Source: Eledone cirrhosa (Eukaryota). From it: a DNA stretch of 64,000 nt. Positions within the stretch are counted from its first letter, which is position 1, and every line of letters begins with the position of its first letter. A program made the translations under genes and the position numbers. The notes beneath the pieces were generated by a model, which worked only from the letters and a program-made list of their open reading frames with translations, did not search any database and had not been told where the DNA came from. The stretch covers positions 73,222,001-73,286,000 of the forward strand of contig OZ024742.1 in assembly GCA_964016885.1 (NCBI GenBank), read 5' to 3'. Of this stretch, positions 1 to 8,958 are shown piece after piece.

Positions 1-289
1 GGTAGTCTTAGATCTATCCTATTTCTTTATCTGTCTCTATATCTGGTAGTCTCAGGTCTATCCTATTATTTCATCTATCTCTACATCTGGTACTCTCAGA
101 TCTATCCTATTTCATCTGTCTCTTCATCTGGTAATCTTAGATCTATCCTATTTCATCTGTCTCTACATCTGGTAGTCTCAGGTCTTTCCTATTATTTCAT
201 CTATCTCTACATCTGGCAGTCTCAGGTCTCTCCTATTTCTTCATCTGTCTCTACATCTGGTAGTCTCAGATCTATCCTATTTCCTCATC
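1..289. repeat. 41/44-bp minisatellite (GGTAGTCTCAGATCTATCCTATTTC[TTC]ATCTGTCTCTACATCT), ~6.7 copies, cut by the window start
   Basis: Units start at 1, 45, 89, 130, 171, 215 and 259 (periods 44, 44, 41, 41, 44, 44), read directly from the sequence. Confidence 0.92.
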
Positions 290-439
290 AGGCCTACCTT
301 TCCTTATTACAATCCAAGAAACATTTACCACCCCATTCAGCCAACATCATATATTTTACCTGACTTCCTCTCATTGAATATTAAATTTATTAGCTCTCAC
401 CTTTTATGTAAAATGTTTAGGAAACATCAGAGCATGTTT

Positions 440-760
440 GAGACACACAGTCAACACTGTCTGTCAACACTGTCTGTCTACATTGTCAACACTTTCCAGA
501 CTATCTGTCAAAACTGTCTACAGTCTATTAACACTGTTCACACTGTCAACATTGCCTGTCAACACTGGCTACACCAGCTGTCTACACTGTAAAAATGTCA
601 ACAGTGTCTATCAACACAGTCTGTCTACACTGTCAGTCTCCACTCTCTGTCTATACTGTCAACACTGTCAATACTATAAACAATGTCTTTCTTCACTGTC
701 AACGCTGTCATTTAACACTATCTGTCTACACTGTCTATCAATACTGTCCATCTACACTGT
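440..760. repeat. Degenerate short-period tandem repeat built from TGTCAACAC / TGTCTACAC / CTGT units
   Basis: Recurrent acactgtc, tgtcaacac and tgtctacac words. ORFs 374..592 and 438..827 are low-complexity (LSTLS, CQHC) products of it. Confidence 0.8.
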
Positions 761-1440
761 TTGGTTGATAGACTTTATCTGCAACCCACCCATTCTAACA
801 CCACCAACCAGCTCTTTGGTGACTTAAGTAAACTTCACTCTGCTGCAAGTATTTAAAACCAAGCCTCCAATCTAAAGATAACTGCCTTCCTCCCTTTCTA
901 CTATCAATCATACAGGCATTGAAAAACATCATGGGCCCAACCCTTCCTCTCTGGACTTTAAAAAATATAAACAACAATAGACACATGCTCCACTACCATA
1001 TATATTCATGCATGTTTGCCCTTTGTATTGTAAGAGAAATACAGGCCTATTAGTTTTATAAACGTCCTCTGTCTTTGACTAAATGTAGCCGCAATGTAAT
1101 CAGTATGCCTCTCCAGATAACAGGAGTTATCTAATATAACAAGAACATCTTAAATTTAAAGCTGCCCATGCAGCTATCTATTCCAGTACATTTAGTGCAC
1201 CCAAAGCTGTGGTTTATTTTCCTGATGCAAACATGCCTTGCCTTTCTATAAATATACTTAAGGAGTGTGTAATCTAGAACTCTAGTGCCATGATGAATGA
1301 TGCTAGTCAAAACCTCACTACATACCTCTACAGAGCTATTACAATGATTACTCACATTCAAGTATGATGTGATAGTATGTACCATGCTTTTAGTAAGGGT
1401 GAAGCTGGAAGGTGAGAGGGCTGCATCAGCAAAGGCTAGC

Positions 1441-1550
1441 ACTTACTTTATCAACTCCAAAAGGATGAAAAGCAAAGTGAACCTTGGTGGGATTTGAACT
1501 CTGAATGCAGAGACATGGAACAAATATCTAACATTCTAACAACACTGCCT
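1441..1550 (-). mobile_element. tRNA-derived SINE fragment (family A)
   Basis: The minus strand reads GAGTTCAAATCCCACC (pol III B-box-like), then TTTGCTTTTCATCCTTTTGGAGTTGATAAAGTAAGT. The same motif pair recurs at 2040, 2312, 2810 and 61270-61625. Confidence 0.72.
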
Positions 1551-2039
1551 AATCCCTGGCCTTAACTGCATACCTATTCACAACAAATTATTTACAAGAT
1601 AGTTGCTACCCCCATATCAGGAAGTATATGACTGTTATATGAAAATTTAAAAACTTGAAATTACAATTTCTGATTACATCATCTGATTAACTTTGGTTTC
1701 AATTTGAAACAAACTTTATAGGAACAATAAATATATTTACATAAATAAAATAGATCACATCTTATCTTATGTAGTGAAATGCATAATCAATCTTATGATT
1801 AAATGTGTCCACATATCAGATTTCACATGACATTGTCAACAAATAAGCTTCTAGCTAGTTGCTTGATTAGCTAGAAATATCAACCAAATATTACCCTACC
1901 ATCTTTAAAAAGGGAAACATTAAACACTGTAGTCCTAATTACACAATGTTTCAATAGTTTGACTGATGCTGGAAAACCTTTAATCATAGGTCTGTTAATC
2001 AAGTTTAAAAAACATAATTCTTATTATTTCTAAGTTCAA

Positions 2040-2240
2040 GGTTGCTGAATTGGTAGACTTGCTAGAATGTCAGATAGAATGTTTTGTAGTATTTGTTCTG
2101 ACTGTGTGTACTCTGAGTTCAAATCCTGTCATGGTCAACTTTGCCTTTCATCCTTCCAGGATCAATAGAATAAAACACCATTTAAGTCCTAGTTAATCAA
2201 TATAATCTACTTTACCCTTCCTCTAAATTGCTGGTCTTAA
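2040..2240 (+). mobile_element. tRNA-derived SINE (family A), near full length, diverged
   Basis: A-box-like GAATTGGTAGACTTGCTAG, B-box-like GAGTTCAAATCC (~2115), core GGTCAACTTTGCCTTTCATCCTTCC..GATCAATAGAATAA, and 3' part CCCTTCCTCTAAATTGCTGGTCTT matching the reverse of 61290-61320. Confidence 0.78.
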
Positions 2241-2311
2241 ATTATTTTTAAGTTCATATAAAGAATAATTATTATTTGATATAAAAAAATCCTTATTTTT
2301 ACATCTTCTAG

Positions 2312-2495
2312 AGTGATGTATTGGCAGAATTGTTTGAGTGTAAGACAAAATGCCTTTGTTCTAGCTCTTTATTTTCTATGTTTAAATCCCACTATTGTCA
2401 ACTTTACCTTTCATCCTTCCAAGCTCAATAAGATAAACTTCTTGTATAACATTGGATTCACTTTAATTGACTTCCCCCAAATTTGTCTATCTTAG
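2312..2495 (+). mobile_element. tRNA-derived SINE (family A), diverged copy
   Basis: TTGGCAGAATTGTT ... GTTTAAATCCCAC..GTCAACTTTACCTTTCATCCTTCC..CAATAAGATAA, colinear with the copy at 2040-2240. Confidence 0.7.
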
Positions 2496-2809
2496 AAAAT
2501 ATTAATTCAAGTATTCTCTCATAAAAGAGCTTGATTGTATAGCCATATTGTAATAGTACTTTCTGAAACCAGGGATTTTAAACTGAAACTTTACTCTGAG
2601 TAACTCAATGACATTAAAAGAACTTTGCTTATATTTCTATAAAAGAATGCCTTCCAAAAAGAAACAAATTGATTAACTTCTAGATGGTATAATTATTTTT
2701 AATTTTTTTACTTGATTTTTTTTTTTCAGAAAGAAGGGCCTCAAATTTCATATAGCTTAGGGCCTCAGCAGCTGAATGTCTGGCCCTGGTTGCTAATCCA
2801 CCATCTGAG

Positions 2810-2950
2810 ACTGGTACATTGTTTTATCAACTCTGAAAGGATGAAATACAAAATTGACCCCAACAGTATTTGAACTCAGGACACAGAGATCCAAAATAAA
2901 TACCACAAGGCATTATTTTTCATATATTCCAATGATTCCGCCAATTCACC
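2810..2950 (-). mobile_element. tRNA-derived SINE fragment (family A)
   Basis: The plus strand reads CTGGTAC..TTTTATCAACTCTGAAAGGATGAAA...ATTTGAACTCAG...GATTCCGCCAATTCACC, the reverse complement of the family head and core. Confidence 0.75.
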
Positions 2951-3254
2951 AGATTGTCAACAGTTGCTACCATTTAGTCTGCCATAATTTTTAATATTAT
3001 TTACTAATAATAATTAGTGAATATTATAAACAAATGTTTGAAGAGGGAAGGTCAGATGTTGATAGCAATGAAGATCTCTTGAGTACAACAATATTTTGAA
3101 TTAGCTAACACCTGTGCAGGTGAAATACTGCAGAACTATAAGTCAATCATATCATCACCAGTGTCTAGGTACCGATACTGCAGTATCAGATAGGTCATTT
3201 AGTACTGCAGTATCTTATCTAAAGATATGATGACTGACTCAGAGTAGAATACTA

Positions 3255-3795
3255 GTAGTGGGGGGGGGGGGGGTCGTGGCGGTAGTGGTGGTCGTAGTGG
3301 TGGCCATGGTGGTGGGGATAGGGGGGGGTTAGTGGTGGTGGTGATGGTAGTGGTGGTAGTGTGATGGTGGTGGTGGTGGTGATGGTTGTGGTATTGGTGG
3401 TGGCAATGGTGGTGATGGTTATAGTAGTGGTTGTGGTTATGATAGTGGTGATGGTGGTAATGGTTGTGGTGGTGGCAGTTGTAATAGTTGTGGTATTGGT
3501 GGAATTGGTCGTAGTTGTAGTGATGGTAATGGTTGTGGTGGTGTAGTGTTGCGGTGGTGTAGTGTTGTGGTGGTGGTAGTGGTTGTGGTGGTGTTGGTGG
3601 TGGTGATGGGGGTTGTGGTAGTGGTTGCAGTGGTGTAGTGTTGTGGTCGTGGTTGTGGTAGTGGTTGTGGTGGTGTTGGCAGTGGCAGTGGTGTTGGTGG
3701 TGGTGATGATGGTTGTGGTGGTGATGGTTGTGGTGGGGTGATGGGGATAATAGTTGTAGTGGGGGGTGATGGTGGTTGTAGCAGTAGTACTAGTG
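3255..3795. repeat. Degenerate (GTG/GTA/GTT/ATG)n trinucleotide microsatellite with poly-G runs
   Basis: About 540 bp of GGT-based triplets with G-runs at 3260-3273 and 3321-3328. The poly-Val ORF 3361..3546 is a by-product. Confidence 0.95.
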
Positions 3796-5034
3796 AAAGA
3801 AAAGTACTGTTGATAATGATGCTAGTGGTAGTACAAGCAGTAAATATTTCCAGAGATTAAAAGAACACTTGTGTTACTTTAAAGAGAAAATACTCGTATG
3901 GTCGACATATTTGAAGATACATGTTAGAGTTTCAGGAACTGCAAGGAATAGAAGAGCTTGAGAATAAAAACTTATACTTACTGATGAAATGCCTCATTAA
4001 ACTTGTTACCAAACATAACTTTTACATGACTTAACTAATTCTCAGAATCCATTCATGTAGAACTAGTTTCCATAGCAACCACCAAACTACACAGTGAAAC
4101 ATTCAGACAAATACTTTCAATAGACCAACAAATGCAAAATGGTTTGTTCTTTGCTAAGAATTTCTTATACAGATGTCTAATTAGAAACATTGTATCTATG
4201 CATCGACAAGTTATCACAAGCCACAACTACATCTTTCCAAAACTCAACCTATCCTGTACTATATTAAAACTCTTTCAGCTATTTTCAAGATTTAGTTCAT
4301 AATTTAATTCTTAATGTCCAATATCACTTAAAACTACATCTGTAAGACATTCTCAAAAAATACAAAACAGCACTTAGTCTGAATCACATTAAAAATTAAA
4401 TTTTTTACTTTAATACTGCAAATTTTCTCAGCCATCTGTCCATTAATTAAGATACTACAAATATTCGAATTAACAAACCGATTTTTAGATATTTTCTGCT
4501 AAATCTTGACAGGATATTAAGAGTTAAGATCTCCATCATTGCTCCTCTTCAGTGCATCTCATTTAGTCTTGTAATAATGATATGATACTGCTACATCAGT
4601 ATCACTTCTTTTCTCCCACTGAAACCAAATACCCTCATGTTAGGTTCTAGTCACAGTACTCCCTAGTATCATCCTGATTCATATGAGCAGAATCTTTTGT
4701 AATTTATGAGAAACATTCTTACATTTCATCTTCACACTGAAGAATATTAATAAACCTTAAACTATCAGCTTCTTTCCTTCATCAGATATTTATCATCATA
4801 ATAATTGACTGGAAGACGAGTGTCAAACCTCATGAGTGAACTAAACAATATAGTTAACATTATTTGAAAATAATTTTCAAAATCATAAGCAGCACACTTC
4901 TGCATTGTTAATGGGACAATTAGGTAAAAATCGTCTTGAATATCATTAAATTATCAACTAAATAAAAAAACACTAGCTTCCAAGCAATTCTTTATATATG
5001 TCACAATAAAATACACACAGCCCACATAGTAAAG

Positions 5035-5292
5035 TAGTAGTGCTGCTGCCATGTTAAAAAGTACTCAGTCTACACAACCATGTAGTAATGGTGGTACCAT
5101 GATAAAATGCTGCTGGTACATGCCATTGAGTGGCTGGCATTAGGAAGGGCATCTAGCTATAAAAACCATCCTTAAATGAAATGTATGTGCAAGACACAAA
5201 CATCAAACTTATCTGACCTGTTTGGCTTCAGAAGGTGACAACCCTTCTAAGACATGTAAGCATGGAAAATAGACATAAAACTGTGATGATGT
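5035..5292 (+). mobile_element. SINE-like element (family B) with RTE-type tail, diverged
   Basis: GCCATGTTAAAAAGTAC / GTACCATGATAAAATGC sub-repeats, GTGGCTGGCATTAGGAAGGGCATCTAGCTATAAAAACC, and tail CATGTAAGCATGGAAAATAGACATAAAACTGTGATGATG. Homologous to 5850-6097 and 60170-60449. Confidence 0.7.
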
Positions 5293-5755
5293 TTCATTTG
5301 TCAGAAAATGTGAGGATATATTTCTACTCATTTTTGCCTTCTGAAAAAAATAAAAATAATAACAAAGCAATTAAGACAAAAGAAAAAAGATTGCTTATCT
5401 GCAACTCAACTCAATATCGAAAACCCTAGGCTCTATATTATCCATTTATTACTTTTAAAAACCTGCAAACAAACTCCCGTGATAAAGATATTTGGAGAGA
5501 TTGACAGTTATAGAACGGTTTTAAAAAAGTGAGATTGTGATAAAATACAACAAAAAATAATAGTCACAGTCCGAAGAGAGGAGATTAATCAGTGTTGTAT
5601 ACTGCAGATTTTGACATCAGTTTCAAATATCTTTTGTATAGAAGTTTTGTTTCAGAATTAAGAGAAAACCTCTGAAATGTTCATATTTACACATGCTTTC
5701 ACACGCATGTGCATGCATTCATACATACAAAACATGGCAACTGTAGGTCTGTTCA

Positions 5756-5760
<5 letters not shown>

Positions 5761-5796
<36 letters not shown>
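5761..5796. repeat. (TA)n microsatellite
   Basis: Perfect TA run. Confidence 0.97.
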
Positions 5797-5798
<2 letters not shown>

Positions 5799-5849
5799 CC
5801 TACTCCATCTTCCCACTTCCACCCACACCACCCTTTCTCTGTAAAGTTA

Positions 5850-6097
5850 TGTTGGTACCACAGAACATGCAGTCCACACTGTAAAGTGGTCGTGTAGGAG
5901 ACACAGTAAAAAGGCTCCCAGTCCACACTGTAAATGTGGTTGGTGTTAGGAAGGACATCCAGTCATAGAAAACCTGCCAGATACAGTTCTATACAAGCGA
6001 GACATGGTCACCCGACCAATCTTACCTCAAGTGGATAATCCTGTTTAACCCATGCTAGCATGGAAGATGGCTGTTACACGATAATAATGATGATGAT
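5850..6097 (+). mobile_element. SINE-like element (family B) with RTE-type (ATG)n tail
   Basis: Two CAGTCCACACTGTAAA sub-repeats, TGGTTGGTGTTAGGAAGGACATCCAG, and 3' end TAACCCATGCTAGCATGGAAGATGG...ATGATGATGAT. Colinear with 60170-60449. Confidence 0.78.
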
Positions 6098-6154
6098 CAT
6101 CATCATCATCATCATCACCGTTTTACGTCCGTTCTTCCACGCTAGCATGGGTTA
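6098..6154 (-). mobile_element. Isolated 3' tail of a family B SINE or RTE element in inverted orientation
   Basis: (CAT)n CACCGTTTTACGTCCGTTCTTCCACGCTAGCATGGGTTA is the reverse complement of TAACCCATGCTAGC.TGGAAGA..GGACGT.AAA..(ATG)n. Confidence 0.78.

Positions 6155-6156
<2 letters not shown>

Positions 6157-6192
<36 letters not shown>
6157..6192. repeat. (AT)n microsatellite
   Basis: Perfect AT run between the inverted tail and the RTE fragment. Confidence 0.97.
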
Positions 6193-6196
6193 AATT

Positions 6197-6605
6197 AGTG
6201 AAGCATGGGAAGTGACTGCAAAGGACATGCACATGCTGGAGAGAAATGAAGCAACCATGTTTCGTTAGATGTGAAATGTGAGAAAAAGGCAGAGCCTGGA
6301 TGAACTGGTGGAGAAACTGGGTTTAAGCGGAATCCGAAATGGTGTGCAAAAGAGAAGACTGAGTTGGTACGGACATGTGATGTGCATGGATGATGATACC
6401 TGGGTGAAGAAGTGCCAGGAAACCCTAGTGGATGGAAGCCGCAGTAGAGATTGACCAAGAAAAACCGATGGAAGTGGTGAGAGCTGATCTCAGATCACTG
6501 AGACTCATATAGGAGGTGATGAGAAAGCACGACAAGTGGAGAGATACTGAGCTGAAAAAGACCCATCCAATCCTTGCAAATGTGGAAAAATGGATGTGAT
6601 AATGA
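6197..6605 (+). mobile_element. RTE-clade LINE 3' fragment (C-terminal part of the ORF, decayed)
   Basis: Manual translation from 6197: SEAWEVTAKDMHMLERNEATMFR*M*NVRKRQSLDELVEKLGLSGIRNGVQKRRLSWYGHVMCMDDDTWVKKCQETLVDGSRSRD*PRKT. This fits RTE hallmarks GSETW...MLRWM...RRLRWxGHV...RGRPRKTW, with in-frame stops. Confidence 0.88.
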
Positions 6606-7094
6606 GAATATAGTTACTGCTTATGTGACAGAAACATACTATATTATGGAAAAGTTGAACAAGAAAATGCTGGTAAAATTATAGATGAATATCTCTGCAT
6701 CAATATCTAAACACATTTATATTAATACACATACATTAAAAAAATAAGCTAAACAACACTTCGAAAATAATTCCTATGTGTCACATGGTAAATAAGTATT
6801 TATGCTCAAATACTATTGTGGAATTAAAGCAATCTAAAAGAAAACAAACATGAATAAAATTTATCAGAATTTTAAAGCACATCATTTATTTTTAATGAAA
6901 TATAAATTAATAGATATACGAGACCAAATGGCGAAGGTATAAGTAAGTCTCCTTCATCCCAATTACAGTAAACAGTGAATTACAACTTTAACAAACAGTT
7001 GTACGAGGCAGGCATGTGTACAATATGAGCCTAAACACTTCTTTTATTACAATGATTGAAATGTCTGAGGAATATTAACCACTCAGAACTAGAC

Positions 7095-7318
7095 TTAACT
7101 CTTTAGCATTTACATTACTCTATATATACTATTGTATTTTCATAGTAAAGGCTTTATCTTACATAATTATCTCACATAATATTGAATCTATGAAGTTTTG
7201 ATGTTATATGAGAACAATACCTTAAGGTTGGTATGAGTGGACAGTTATGGCCAGTTTGAACAGAGAGAGGTGAGAGAATTCTGGCCAGATACGGCCGGTT
7301 TAAATGCTAAGGGGTTAA
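7095..7318. mobile_element. piggyBac-like MITE flanked by TTAA
   Basis: Left end TTAACTCTTTAGCATTTA (7095). Right end TAAATGCTAAGGGGTTAA (ends 7318), reverse complement TTAACCCCTTAGCATTTA: 16/18 inverted match. TTAA target and CCC-type termini are piggyBac traits. No ORF. Confidence 0.75.
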
Positions 7319-7567
7319 TCTGTTTGTTACCGTATATTTTTAATGAAAGACCCTGCCTATGATTTTGAAAATTATCAAGAATATTGAAGCATTTAGTAAT
7401 TTAACTATCTTTCTCGTTATTTCACTGGTATTTGAAATGTAACGTAACAAATATTCTTACATAGAATTATGATGGAAGCTTTCAGATAAATATAAGCAAT
7501 TTAAAATAAACAGTTTTGTATCATAGAGCCAGTATGGTTTCAGACAGTCTGGTATCAAGTGTGTTAA
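7315..7567. mobile_element. Possible second, more decayed TTAA-flanked MITE
   Basis: Left TTAATCTGTTTGTTACC; right GGTATCAAGTGTGTTAA (reverse complement TTAACACACTTGATACC). The inverted match is only partial. Confidence 0.4.
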
Positions 7568-8254
7568 ACACAAACTCCTTAAATGAGCTAAATAGATCCT
7601 CAAATGAAAATTAATTTATATAGCTGAATTATTCAAATCAACACAGACTAACAGATTTTGACATAAACAAAACACTAAACCAAAATACATGTTACAATAA
7701 CAACTTCAATGCCAACAGCAGTGTAGAGTTAGATTAGAATCACTGAAGCTAGTAGTTGACTACAACAGATGCATTCTCCCATGGTGAATGACAATTTATT
7801 TGAAATTAAAACTTCGCTGAACTACAGATGAATACTAAAATCTTTTTAACACTCAACAAATGATTTGGGATGATATGTTGCAGCATACTTGAAAGACAAA
7901 CCATTCCAAAGACAAATAAGAATAACAAACCGTCCCAAATACATAAGAAAAGAAACTTTCCAGCTAGATCTGGATGGAATAAATGAAATAGTAGGAAATT
8001 AGTAAAAAGGAACAATGAAGGGGTATAAGAACAACACAAAAACGCTAAATTTTATGCTGTATATGCTAGCAATTACATTAATAATTTATTGTAAAAAGAT
8101 ACCAACAAACATCCTGAGTTAGAGTAGGCCTGTAACTTAAAACATAAAATTATATTTCTGTGAAGAAGCATATCATAGTTTCTCATAGTTATGAAATATA
8201 ACAAACACAGACAATGGATTCATAAAACACGAGAAACTTATAAAAGCAGCTCAG

Positions 8255-8958
8255 TGATACAAAAGTTAAAACCTTCAGCTAAAACACTATAAAATATAAA
8301 TCTACATTATTATAGACACCAATTGATGAATAGATTGTCTTCCAGAGATCCCAAATTAGCCTATCGTAGCTTCAACATAAACATCTCTATTTCCGTAAAA
8401 GAAGAATAAGTTGCAAGAGACTGGAAGTCAACATGAAGACGAAATCAATTCAACAAGCAAGCTGTATGAATAGAAGAACGAGAACTACTTCAAATATGTT
8501 GAACAAAAACATTATGAAATTAATAGTATAGTGCTAGAAACAGTTCTAAAGAAAATAACAAACAGAAAATACCCAACCCTAGAATATTGGTTCAAGAATC
8601 TCAGTTTTTATTGGAGTGATTTGATAAAACTGCTTAAAAAGTGCATCAAGAGTACATTAGGTATGGCAAAATGACTGTCAACTAATGTTTTTCCTTACAT
8701 TCAGAAAAATAACCAAATATCTCAAACCAAAAATGATCAGCCAGTAACCTGCCAGAACATCTTGCAGAAGATATACATTGGATGATTCAATTTTTTCTTA
8801 AAGAGCAATTGCACTATCAGCAATAACACCCTAGCAAACTGTGGAAAACAAGGAAGTATGAAACTACATAGAACATCTAGTAAATAACAAAATAATACAG
8901 AGAAAAAGAGTAAAGAGTTGAAGGAGCTTGCTTGATTGTAGTGTGGTTGGACTTATCA
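8255..8958 (+). mobile_element. Decayed R4/Dong-like non-LTR retrotransposon fragment (pre-RT region to RT motif A); may extend further upstream
   Basis: Manual translation across stops and frameshifts: QKLKPSAKTL*...LMNRLSSRDPKLAYRSF...KEE*VARDWKST*..FNKQAV*IEE / VLKKITNRKYPTLEYWFKNL...K*L...TKNDQPVTCQNILQKIYIG...GKQG / IEHLVNNKII...VKS*RSL / IVVWLD. The order fits the non-LTR RT motifs PGPD..xWxK, YRPITC...K..TG, GC.EQL.I.K, L...WLDY.KAFD. Confidence 0.75.

Noticed and set aside
374-1442. ORFs 374..592, 438..827, 795..986 and 1131..1442 as genes
   Set aside because: The first two are repeat-derived. The others are short, have no recognisable motifs and have no splice support.
1849-1876. 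TTCTAGCTA...TAGCTAGAA inverted repeat
   Set aside because: Short stem with no supporting context; function cannot be supported.
2040-2135. tRNA gene suggested by the B-box GAGTTCAAATCC
   Set aside because: No cloverleaf can be formed, and it continues into a core repeated several times in the window, so it is a SINE head.
2733-2788. GGGCCTC...GGGCCTC...TCTGGCCCTG resembling a hAT-type MITE end
   Set aside because: No matching opposite terminus or target-site duplication was found.
3361-3546. Poly-Val membrane-like ORF
   Set aside because: Translation of a GTG-type microsatellite.
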